Shown piece after piece: positions 39,911-51,107 of a stretch of 64,000 nt of DNA; the stretch's first letter is position 1; each line of letters starts with the position of its first letter. The DNA lies in contig NW_019028995.1 in the NCBI RefSeq assembly GCF_002105155.1, positions 744,001-808,000 on the forward strand, in the 5' to 3' direction. The position numbers and the translations under genes were made by a program. Under the pieces are notes generated by a model. That model was not told the DNA's origin and ran no database searches. It was given only the letters and a program-made list of their open reading frames with translations. This stretch comes from Lobosporangium transversale (Eukaryota).

Positions 39911-41875
39911 GACAGCTCTGCGTCTGAGAAAGCCAAGGAGGCTACCAAGGAATCTGACGAGAATGTAGAGACAATGAGCGCCGAAACTATTGCCGGACTT
40001 TCTGAGACGGTAAAATAAAGCAACAGCCGTGATATCCCGAATCGCCTTAAGATCTATCTGTTCCTGTTCCTGTTGACATACTAGGTAAACGCTCACACTC
40101 TTTTTTATGTCGTTCATAGAAACGCTTGGAGCATGCGAACACATTGAAAACTCGCGGCAACAGCATGTACTCGGCCAAGAAATGGGATGAAGCTATTCGA
40201 CTCTACTCTCAGGCGATTGCCTTTAATCCCGATCCTGTCTTCTATAGTAACCGTGCTGCCTGCTATTCTATCATCGGAAAATTCGACAAGGTTATTGAAG
40301 ATGCTACCTTGGCGCTGAAGATGAAGCCCACCTATGTCAAGGTATAGGAACATAATTGTATTTGTGATTTTCATGCATTATCAACTAGTTTTTTTTTTTT
40401 TTTTTTTTTATTCTTTATTTTATAGTGGAGTGATAAATGGAATTGCTCACTAGTCACTTCATAATCTTCCGCTAGGCACTTGGACGACGTGCTCATGCAT
40501 ATGAAAATACTGGCAAACACCAGGAGGCTATGCACGACTTTACAGCCCTTTGTATTTTGGATGGATTCAAGAACGAGTCGTTCGCTCAGTCCATGGAACG
40601 CAACTTGAAGAAAGTAGCCGATGTCAAAGCAAAAGAAATCTTAAAGACTCGTGAGGAGCGTCTTCCTTCAAAGACATTTATGTCTGCTTATCTGGACTCG
40701 TTCAGGAAGACAAATCTTCCTGAAAGTAAGCCCGCATCTGAGGAGACTGGCGACGCGCAATTTGAATTGGCACAATACTATCTCGGGCAAAGAGAATATC
40801 AAAAAGCTATGGAAGCATATAATAAGGCTATTGAGCTCGACACTACTCACATGGCCAAAGCTCTCAACATGCGCGGAACATTCACCTTTTTGATGGGCGA
40901 TGGCAAGAAGGCAATGGTTGATTTCGACAAGGCGATTGAGTTGGACCCTAACTATGTTCAGACTTACATTAAGCGTGGCAGCATTTTTATGGAACAGGGT
41001 GAGGCCGCAAAGACCTTCAAGGAGTTCGAGACCGCCATTTCAATTGATGCTGAGGATCCCAATATCTATTACCATCGGTATGTTTTATACGCACAACCTA
41101 TTCAGGCTTCGCCATGGGGGTTCCAGAAGTTTTCACTAATAGCATTGGGTAACTTTAATTGGTGATGTTTTATAGCGGTCAGGTTTACTTCATCACTGGA
41201 GAGTACGACAATGCTGCTAAGGATTATATCAAATCCATTGAGCTCGAACCCAAGTTTGTGTTCTCTCACATTCAGTATGGTGTTGCCCAGTACAAGCTCG
41301 GAAACATCACAGAAGCCATGAATATTTTCAAAAAAGCTCTCAAGGATTTCCCTGAATCTGGCGATGTTAACAACTACTACGGAGAGTTGCTACTGGATCA
41401 ACAGCAGTTTGATCAGGCATATGAGCGCTTTGACAAGGCGATCAAATTGAAGCCTTCAAACCCTCTTCCATACATCAATAAGGCTCTCCTTGTATTCCAA
41501 TGGAAGCAAGATCCAGCTGGTGCAGAGCGTCTGTGTCTTCAGTCGCTGGAAGGTAGGTTATTCTCATAGCTGATCTTGAATGATTGGGCTCGTTTCTTAA
41601 ATCCACTTCTTATGAGAGTATCTGATCAACGAGTTTTTTTCTCTTCATATGTCATCATAGCTGATCCTGAGTGTGATGTTGCAATCGCCACACTTGGACA
41701 GCTCTTTTTGCAACAAGGAAAGATTGAGCGAGCTATTGAGTTTTTCAATAAGTCGATTGACATGGCTAGGACAGAGGCAGAGTTGACGAGCGCGCTCGGT
41801 TTCCGTGAGGCCGCCAATTCACAGCTAGTCTTTGCAAGAGACTATCCTGAGCAATCCAAAGCCCTCAAACGCTAA
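39466..41875 (+). CDS. TOM70: Mitochondrial import receptor Tom70
   Basis: N-terminal anchor (YAALASVSLIAGAGIYYL) followed by a Lys-rich stretch. TPRs LKTRGNSMY..., PVFYSNRAACY, DFTALCILDGF, LPSKTFMSAYLDSFR, ALNMRGTFTFLMGD. Six exons. Confidence 0.96.
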
Positions 41876-42031
41876 CCACTAAAACGTCAGGGAATAGGAT
41901 TAGAAGGATTCGCACAATGCAGAATTTCATGTGATTTCATATTGTTTATAGACAAAGCAAAAAAAAAAAAAAAAAAAAAAAAAAATTGTTCAATACATAT
42001 TTAAACTGTTGTCAATTACAATTACTTTGCG

Positions 42032-42295
42032 ATGAATGAACCCGCGGAGCACCTTTTCAGTCAAGCAATACTTGAGAAGCTTGGGCCTCTTGTTAGCACC
42101 CTTGAGTGTCAGCTTAAAGATCTGACGTAAGTTATAAGATCATTCGAATGGTGATGGAGAAATATGTAAATGGACTTTTCCTAATACATTTAATGGCACA
42201 GACAGGGTCAAACCATCCTTCAAAGCAATGTCGCACAATTATCCTCAGAGCTTGACTTGACGCAAACAGAACTCGATAAAGCCCATGATACTGTT

Positions 42296-42344
<49 letters not shown>

Positions 42345-43323
42345 AAATATTTAGGATCCTTGAATCCACGGATATTAAAATATTAAACATTCCATCTGAA
42401 ATAAATAGTTTGCGAGATTGCCTCACTATATCGCCAAACTGACAGCTATGAAGAACATGATTACCTCAACTACAATTCTGTCCAGAAAACTCCAACGCCG
42501 GGTTGATCAAGTTATTATAGGGCGAGAGAAGCAAGCGGCTAAAATGAAGGTCGTTAGAGCGAAGGAACAAGCATACGATCAGGCGGTGGCAGCAGTACAT
42601 ACATCAACGTCAACATCATCACATCCCCAATGGTCTGGTTCATCATCGTCACCATCAAAGCCCATATCCCCATTAATGGCTAATGCTCAGAGTCAGGATC
42701 ATCCGTTAGCATTGCTTGGGAGCACAGGATCCAAATCTTTGGAACTCGACATTAATGCTAGTAGTTCGGCGGCTCGTCTTCCTCCACCTTCTCCTCCTCC
42801 ACCCTCAGCAGGCTTGCCTTTTCCCTTGCCTGCAAAACCAGCGTTTCCGGTTATTTCTACTATGCGATCGTCAAATAGGTCAGAATCTCCACCGCTTTCA
42901 ATATCACCCCACTTTTCCCCACTTCTCTTAGGACGCACCACAGCTACTGCTGCCTCGCCAGGCAGAGATTTTGCTAATTCTCCAACGTCGTCACTAACAG
43001 GTGGAAATGATTCCGATGTCCAGCAACAGCAATTATCTGAGAGAGTCGACCGCTTTCCACAGATTTCATCAACAGCGCAAGACGACGAAGCATCCAAAAA
43101 TCTATCAACCCAATTCGCTTCTGAGGTGGAAGTAGTGCGACTGCGGCGTAAGAAGAAGCTATCTAAATCGAGTGCAAACACAAGTAATAGTAGTATTGTG
43201 AGTGTTAGTACAACTGCGAGCGTGAAGAGGAGTCAAAGTGTAAAATCTAAGGGCAAGGGTGCTGCCAAGATTACTACGACGAAAAGCACGTTGAGTGTAC
43301 AGCAAGCAGAGCCATCACAATGA
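42032..43323 (+). CDS. Snapin/Pallidin-like BLOC-1 coiled-coil protein with low-complexity tail
   Basis: Exons 42032-42126, 42202-42292 and about 42409-43323 splice in frame: LGPLVSTLECQLKDLTQGQTILQSNVAQLSSEL...PHYIAKLTAMKNMI..RKLQRRV. Confidence 0.65.
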
Positions 43324-43476
43324 TCTAGTTAGAAGCTGTATCAACTGATGCCGAGATGCCGAGTCAAGATCTCTGAAAAATAGTATAAAAGGAACTCCTA
43401 TCATCATTTATTTAAACAAAGTGCTATCAAACGTAGTATAATAATATTGGACAATTTTTTTTTTTTTTTTTTTTTT

Positions 43477-44094
43477 TTAATGTCTTGGCCAAGCGTATCT
43501 CTGCCTGTGCGAACCTTCAGAGGACTGTTGCAACGGGAGTGCATTTGATAATATCTGGTTTATAATGTAGGCCATTAGAATAGCATTGATTAAAAAGGAT
43601 AAATTGCAAACCCTTCGGTATACTTGGGTACAACTTTTCTTTTCCTTGCTTCTCACTTCAGTAGGGCTGGAAGCAGGAGCAGCAGCAGCAATTGTAGCTG
43701 CCACAGTATCAGTAAAAGGTGGTTGATGGGATTCTGAGGTTTGCTTAGTGAGGCTCCAGATACGCAGACGAGTCAGCTCAAGATGAAGCTGATCCTGAAC
43801 AGCCTTTAATTGCATATATCTTGCCCTTAGGTTTTCGACAAGGCGTTCTTCTCCCAATATCTCATTCTCAAGGCGGCTATCGTTGCTAATAGGGCTCGAG
43901 GTTGATTGGGTTGTATGGGTAAAGGCAGAACCTACTTGATGGCCAGCCAGAACACTCTCTGGGTGAAGTAGAGGCAGTAGTTCCGGAGTATAGACGCTTG
44001 ACAAGCTTGACAAAGCAGGGCCGTAATACTTCTGGAAGAAGCGTTCGATTGTCCGCAGCTCCCTATTAACTTCATCAAGATACTCTGTTTCCAT
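43477..44094 (-). CDS. Hypothetical coiled-coil protein with C-terminal TM helix
   Basis: ATG in AAAATGG context at 44094; coiled coil (RLENEILGEERLVENLRARYMQLK); TM LSFLINAILMAYII; short tail. Confidence 0.6.
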   Translation of the reverse strand: METEYLDEVNRELRTIERFFQKYYGPALSSLSSVYTPELLPLLHPESVLAGHQVGSAFTHTTQSTSSPISNDSRLENEILGEERLVENLRARYMQLKAVQDQLHLELTRLRIWSLTKQTSESHQPPFTDTVAATIAAAAPASSPTEVRSKEKKSCTQVYRRVCNLSFLINAILMAYIINQILSNALPLQQSSEGSHRQRYAWPRH

Positions 44095-44312
44095 TTTGCT
44101 ATTTCTATTTTTTTTTTTAACTTGGTTGGGATGGAAGTCAAAAAAAGGATACGATGGTGTATGCATTGGCCTCTGTGTGGAGGTGACGAATTCGCCGCCA
44201 AGAAAAAAGCCACTAAGCTTTGCCTTGGGCAAATGCTTAAAATTGAGATCTCACTCTGGCCGAAGGGTTAATGTTAGACTCATGATCACCGAAACTTCTC
44301 ATACTGCAAATA

Positions 44313-47300
44313 ATGGGCTTCAAACGTTCTTTAGTGCGGTCAAACGGTTCAGAGGAGGAGCAAGGACAAGAACAGGAGCAGGAGCAAGAACAGGAACAAG
44401 AACTCGTAGTGCAGGATAGTTTAGAGACTTCAACCATGACTCATTCATTAGACATGGAGGACCTCTTCAGCGATGAGAGCGACAATGATGATGTAATTGA
44501 TGATGAAGGTGAACTAGAGTCACTTCTTCGCAGCCAGAACCTGTCTATAGATGACATCCTGCCTACGAAAGCACAGGCCAACAAACTTCAGAGTATGCAT
44601 TTAAGTGTCCGTGAAGCGGTTGGTCATGCAAAAGTTGTAACCGCAGAGCAACTACACGCCCAGTATCAGGACCAAGCCTTGAAAAGGCAATCAGAGCCTA
44701 CCGCTGTTTTTCCTCGAGCATCAGACCAAATACCTATGTCTTCCAATGCCGAGGATCCAACAGGATACCTGGATGAGTCTCAAACTGGGATCCAAGCATC
44801 ATTATCTGGGCAGATTATGCTTCCCAATATACTCAAAAAAACTGTACCGGCATCTTCCCCAAAGGCTCGGGCTGTTGTGCCTAAAAAATCTACTCCTGGA
44901 TCGTCAGGTAGCCTAAGATCATCTCGATCATCTAGGGCCAAAATGATACTAGACCATGACCAGCAACAAGGTGGTGATTCTCCACCACCCACGGAGGATA
45001 GCACAGAAGAGCCTCATCCAAAGACATTAAGTCCAGAAGAAAGAGTCGAGCTAACTAGTCTGATCCGGGAACAGTCGACAAAGTCCCTTGAGATTAACAG
45101 AAGTTTCCAAAGGGCATTGAAACATCATTTAGAAAGAGTTGAGGAAGCTTATGTCAGGAATAAAAAGCTCAAAGTATGGATTTCAACCAGAGCTCATTGT
45201 TTCAGGTGCAACTACTTTTTAAAGACTAACTGACATACCTAAAATGCTGACACTTTAGAGACAGCTCCAGGAAGTCTCAAACAGACTCAGAGAAGACGAA
45301 CAAGCGCCACTGATCCTAGAATCAAGCAAAAGTCGGCTAGGTCCTCCTTACTTTATTGACCAGAATGGCGAGGTATTGGAAACAAAGCCTCTAAGAGATA
45401 AACCAAATGACCAAAGGCCAAGGAATAGATATTCATGTTTTCCATAATTGATTTACTCTGATAGGCACCACCGGATAACGAAGATGTGCTATTGCAAAAG
45501 AAACGACCCGTTATTCCGAATGTAAAACCCAGAAAATGGACGCAGCAGGAACGTATGAGCCTTAAGACAGGCGTAATATCGGAGAATAAACGGATACTGT
45601 TTGAAAAGTTTCTAGCAGATGGAGATATTGCTGGCATACAATCACTAGATAAGGCACCGGATTTAGATATGATGCTAAATACCAAGGGGCTCGACTGGAT
45701 ACGCATTTCACAGCGGTTCGTAAGTAATGAACTCTTTTCATTTTTTAAGACAGGCAATATGGCCACTCGATTACATAATAACATAGATAGCAAAAGAGCT
45801 TATAGAGAGCTGTTCCCTGCACTCGAGTAGGTTGAAACTAGATCGCCGTCAGAATGTCTTATTCGGTGGACAGGACATGACCATCCAGGTATCAATAAGG
45901 ATGATTGGACCAGATATGAGCTCGAAAAGATGGTCAAACTAGCAAAGAAGCACCAGGAGCGTAATTGGATTCAGATTGCGCTAGATCTTGATACGAATCG
46001 AACAGGTGCCGAGTGCTTCAAGAAATACCAGTCACGAATGACAAGAGCCATATCACAAGAGTATGTTATGTCTGTTACTATGAAAAAAAAAAAAAAAAAA
46101 AAAAAAAAAACAGACACTCAGACAGACATAAATTCAATGATGCTTTATGCTTTATATCGTATAGGACATGGACAAAGGAAGAAGACGCTCTATTAATGGA
46201 GGTAGTTCAAGTCCTAGGTGAACAAAGTTGGGAACAGGTATCCTACTGTTTTGAGGATCGTACGGCAGTTCAATGTATGCATCACTGGACAAAGTGTTTA
46301 AACCCAAGTATTCGACGTGGACGCTGGCAGAAGGATGAGGATGGTGCTCTCAGGGCAGCATTGGCTGTGTATGGGGAAAACCGCTGGATTAAGATTCAGC
46401 AGCATGTTCCAGGACGGACAGATGTTCAGTGTCGAGAAAGATATATGAATGTACTCGCGCCAAGCATCAAATCTGGAGCCTGGACCCCAGAAGAAGTTGA
46501 ACGGCTACTGGACCTAGTCAAAATACATGGTGAAGGAAAATGGGCTCTAATCGCCTCCAAGATGGACGGACGAACCGACAATCAGTGCGCACGACGTTAC
46601 AGGCACGCTTGTAGAGAGAATAATTATTGGTCTGCGAACCGTCGAAAAGGTCGGACAACAATTTCCCAACTACCGGATACCGAGGAAGACATGGCAGTCA
46701 TCAGAAGACTTGCAGAGCAAATTAGAAGAAAGAAAAGATTTGATGAACACCTACAAAGACAAATGGACTTGGAGAAGATAAAGATTGTTCGGCAACAGGA
46801 CGCTACTATGCAGTTAGACTATGAACAGTTCCTTGAAGGACAATGCTACATCTATAATATGTGGAATACTCTCTGGGGACAATATCTAGATCCCATCGAA
46901 CATGTCTTCAATATCGGCATCCCAGTCATGTCGTCAACGCAGTTGATGAAGAATCATATGGATGAGCCAGAACCTGATTTTAACTATACAAGTAGAAACA
47001 AAGTTCCAGATCCCGCATCCGTACTGCGGCCGGGCAAAGTCCGACCTGTGCCGCCCTGTTTAGCGACCATAGATGCTTTTTCGCGATTGATTCAGCAAGG
47101 GGAGCACTCGGATTATCGATTCAGGCTGAAGCATGTGAGAGAGACAAAAGCAACTAAAATCTATCCATTGAAGACGCTACCTCTTTCTGTAGAAGAGCAG
47201 CGAAGCCCAGAATACATAGAGTTGGCAGAGCGTTTCGAAGCTGTATTCATGTGGCCAATGTTGGTAGGGATGCTACATATGGATACCGCAAAGAAGACGG

Positions 47301-47347
47301 TCGATGCGCTAACTGGAGGGAACAAGAAACGAAAGCAAGGGGTATAG
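44313..47347 (+). CDS. SNAPC4: snRNA-activating protein complex subunit 4 (SNAP190-like Myb-repeat protein)
   Basis: Coiled coil, PPYFID...PPDNED segment, RKWT..ER..LKTGV half repeat, then four Myb repeats (HPGINKDDWT, WTKEED, GRWQKDED, GAWTPEE). Five exons. Confidence 0.82.
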
Positions 47348-47883
47348 GGTTGAAACTAGCTGTACTCATTATAATATCACCAGACTCCTTTGCTGCAAAG
47401 GATATGCCTTTATCATTCTGGAGCAGCCCCTGTATCTCATCAACTACCCAATGCTGCACATTTCTTCGCAGACTTGGTTGTCAAAAACAAGTATATTTTA
47501 TTAATGAACCCGAATAGAAAATAAAATGCTGTCAAGAAAAGTAACGTTACAAGAGGAAGTCAAACACATCTTTAGAAAATCTACCAGCGTTCATATAAAC
47601 GAGCGTAAGAGAAGGAACCCAGCGGTATGCTCAGAGAATGAGCAAAAAGTCCATGAAACTGAGTATTCTGAGCCTTTGATGGACGTGCTCGAAACACCAA
47701 GTTGATCTGACCCAGGAGAATGACATTCTGGTGTCAAAAAAAAGTTAGCATAAATAGTTAAAAAAAAAAAACCAGCAACGATTGCTATAAAATTAGGGTT
47801 AAGATATGGTTTTTGAACAATATTTGAAAGAATATGGACTGTATAAGCTAAATATTTTATTCCATGTTACGACGCTGTTTATC

Positions 47884-48964
47884 TTAGAGATCCACCACTG
47901 TCTTCCACAAATGGTCATTCAGGTAATGCACCGTCTCGACACCAATGCCTTTGTTGATGCGTTTGCTAACATTGCAGTAATAAGCATTCATAAAAAGGCT
48001 CATCAGTAAAAGTATTCAATTATAAAAATGTTGCACAATTATCACTTGAGCAACACTTACATGTCGTCAGTCGACATTTTCGTGGTTCCAACAGCCAAAA
48101 TCTCATTCTTGCCCTCGGCTGTAATTGCGACAACGGTATCTGCAGGTACTGAAACGTCCATTCTAGCGCCTTTTGAAGTCAATCCTGGACACATGATGTT
48201 AGCGCCTCCTATAACAAATTTAATTGCACCACGATCCACCTGCAACCTTGGTAACATGTTCGGATCTAACGACAGCAGTTTATCATTCAGCAAAGATATT
48301 TGTTAACGTATAATATAATCAGTCTTGCCTTGTTTCTGTGCTCATAATTTTCATATCGTCATCTTTTCCTTTGATGCAGTATTTTCCTCTTTACATTTAT
48401 GAAGCAATTTTAGGGTTGGATAGTATGGTCCATCAAAGTGGTTAAAGAATAGAACCTCATTGTTCATGACGATCAGGTTGATATGTTCATGGCTTTAAAA
48501 AAAAAAAAAAAAAAAAGTTAACATTAAATTATAGATAGCGTGGTGTTTTCAGAATACAGAAAATAAGGTAAAGATATTCTACCATTTCATCAAGATCAAT
48601 GGTGACTTCTTTGGCATGACATCGTCAATGATTCCTTCGATACCATCTTTGTATTGCTCCAGGATCTTTGCACGAATACCGCGCTGGACTGAGGACTTGA
48701 CCTGTGTATGTCCTGTGACATCTTCTTTGATATTGAACCTACAAGTGTTTGATGATGTTGACAAAGGAGAGATTTTTTTGTATCAGTTTTGATATTTGTT
48801 ACTGCAGCTTTACTGTGCAACCGGCACCTTTGGTGGGACACTAATTCAGACGTAGCACACTAGCACAGAATTAGAGGAAAGCTATGATGTTTTTCCCATG
48901 CTTTCGACAAATCCTTTTTTTTTTTTCTTTGTTGCATTTCTGTTTGCGCATACTTTTTAAACAT
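47884..48964 (-). CDS. TMA20: Translation machinery-associated protein Tma20/MCT-1 (PUA domain)
   Basis: MFKK/FNIKEDV..VKSSVQRGIR, VDRGAIKFVIGGANIMCPGLTSKGA, NKGIGVETVHYLNDHLW. Five coding exons. Confidence 0.96.
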
Positions 48965-49188
48965 GGTGTTTTCCTGCTCTGCTGTGTTTCCTTGATGATT
49001 CCTTTTTATTTTTATTATTATTACAATAGCCCATGCGACAATTGAATCTTCCACAAGTCAAGTCTCAAAAATTCGCTTTTTTTTTAAGCTCTTGTAGGGA
49101 AGAGATTCTGTTCCATCCGTGTAACAAGCTTTCCCATCCTCTTCAATCCCTCTCTTTTCATCCGCGCTACAAGTGGCGAATCCCGAAG

Positions 49189-50606
49189 ATGGTGAAATCG
49201 TCGCTGAGCCGCTTCAAGAGCTTTGATGCCTATGCCAAAACGCTTGATGATTTTAGAGTCAAGACATCGACTGGTGCTGCAGGTATTAAAAAAAAGAGAT
49301 GCTGGGTAGTGTCAAATTCCTTGGGCAGATGACATACTCATGCTAACTGTTTGGTGCGATTTTCTATTTCATCTAGTCACCTTTCTGAGTGCATTCATCA
49401 TCCTCGTATTATTAATTGGAGAATTCCTCGACTACAGATCTGTTCGTATAGAATCTTCCTTAATCGTAGATGGTGGTCGGAAGGAGAAGATGTCTATCGA
49501 CTTTGATATCACATTCCCAAAGATCCCTTGTTACAGTAAGGCCATTCTTTTGATTGTGTAGTATCTGCCACTGGCTCATTTTCTCTTGCATATGTTTGAG
49601 GCTAAAGTTTAAATACATTGTAGTCTTGACGCTGGACGTCATGGACGTTGCAGGAGAGCACCAAAGCGATATCACACATTCTGTTTACAAAGTCCAACTA
49701 GCACCTGATGGCACTGAAATTAAACGTGAAAGGTCGCAAAGTAAGGATGACTTATGGCTACTTTTTTTTTTTTTGAGTTTAGTCACCTTAAACCCTTTTT
49801 GCTAATGTTATTGAATTCATCCATTAATTTACGAATTTTAGATTTGGGCAATACGGGACCTGACCCAAAGGAAGTTGGCGAAAATTACTGTGGAGATTGT
49901 GGAGGGGCTGCAAGGCCAGAGAGTGGGTGCTGTAACACGTGTGAAGATGTCAGACAGGCATATGTTCGCTCTGGATGGTCATTCAATCATCCTGAAGGCA
50001 TTGAGCAGGTAAGGCGTTGAATACAATTTTTTATCAAGGGCCTTTTAAATCAGCGACTGTGGATCTGTTCCTATGGATTTGAGTGTTTTTTCTCATGGTG
50101 CCCTCCCTTGTCACTGTAGTGTGTTCGCGAGGGCTACATGGAAAAGATGAAGGAACAGGCGAATCAAGGATGCAGAGTGCATGGTATGCTTACTGTTAAT
50201 AAGGTCACAGGAAATTTTCATATTGCACCTGGTCGTTCATTCCAGAATGCCAATATGCATGTGCATGATATTCAGCAATACCTCGAACATGGACTCGACT
50301 TTTCGCATCACATCCGGCGTTTGACATTTGGACAACATGTCCCCAATGTTCAGAACCCTTTGGATGATCAGCATGTTGATGGTGCAGAGGGGCTATACAT
50401 GTTCCAGTACTATATCAAAGTTGTTGGTACTACGCACCATTACATGAACAAGCCTCCTGTTAGGACGAATCAATATTCTGTTACTCAGTTCAATCGAAAC
50501 CTGCATTATAAAGATGAGCATGGTCGTGTTCATCAGCCAAACGGATTGCCTGGTAAGCATCGGGGAACAATAAACTAAACGGAAATGTATCGTAGATGAA
50601 GCTTTT

Positions 50607-50637
<31 letters not shown>

Positions 50638-50837
50638 TTTTAGGTGTATTCTTCAATTTTGATATCTCACCCATGATGGTAGTTCAAGTTGAGGAGCGCA
50701 AGTCGTTTACATCGTTTTTGACGGGAGTGTGTGCTATTGTTGGAGGTATTTTCACGGTGGCAAGCATCATTGACGGTGCGATTTGGCGAGCAGAAAGGAC
50801 ATTAAAGCGAAAGATGGAACTTGGCAAGGCCCTGTAG
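49189..50837 (+). CDS. ERV46: ER-Golgi intermediate compartment protein Erv46/ERGIC3
   Basis: FKSFDAYAKT, DVMDVAGEHQ, YCGDCGGA..CCNTCEDVRQAY, GCRVHG..NKVTGNFHIAPG, PGVFFNFDISPM, CAIVGGIFTVA, KMELGK. Confidence 0.95.
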
Positions 50838-51107
50838 TCAGAAAACTTTAATTACAATAATCCAGCTGGCATTGGCAATTCAATAAAAAAAGATGATGAC
50901 AGACGCACATCACTCAAACACAAACAAATAATGTCTGTGCTCTATTGACTTCACCTCCGCTTTTTTTCTTTTTTTGCATTCCATCCATTCCTTTCCTCAT
51001 TCCAACTCTTACCTTTTTCTGTTTGTCGTGCTAACCGCAAATCTTCTTCCCCTTTCTACATTACACATTCCTATTGTCTCATTAACTTCCTCCGAGAGGA
51101 GATACTC

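Noticed and set aside
47629..47673. Hairpin with ATGA...CTGA resembling a SECIS or C/D snoRNA
   Set aside because: The inner helix does not pair, there is no canonical RTGATGA box C, and no adjacent gene has an in-frame TGA.
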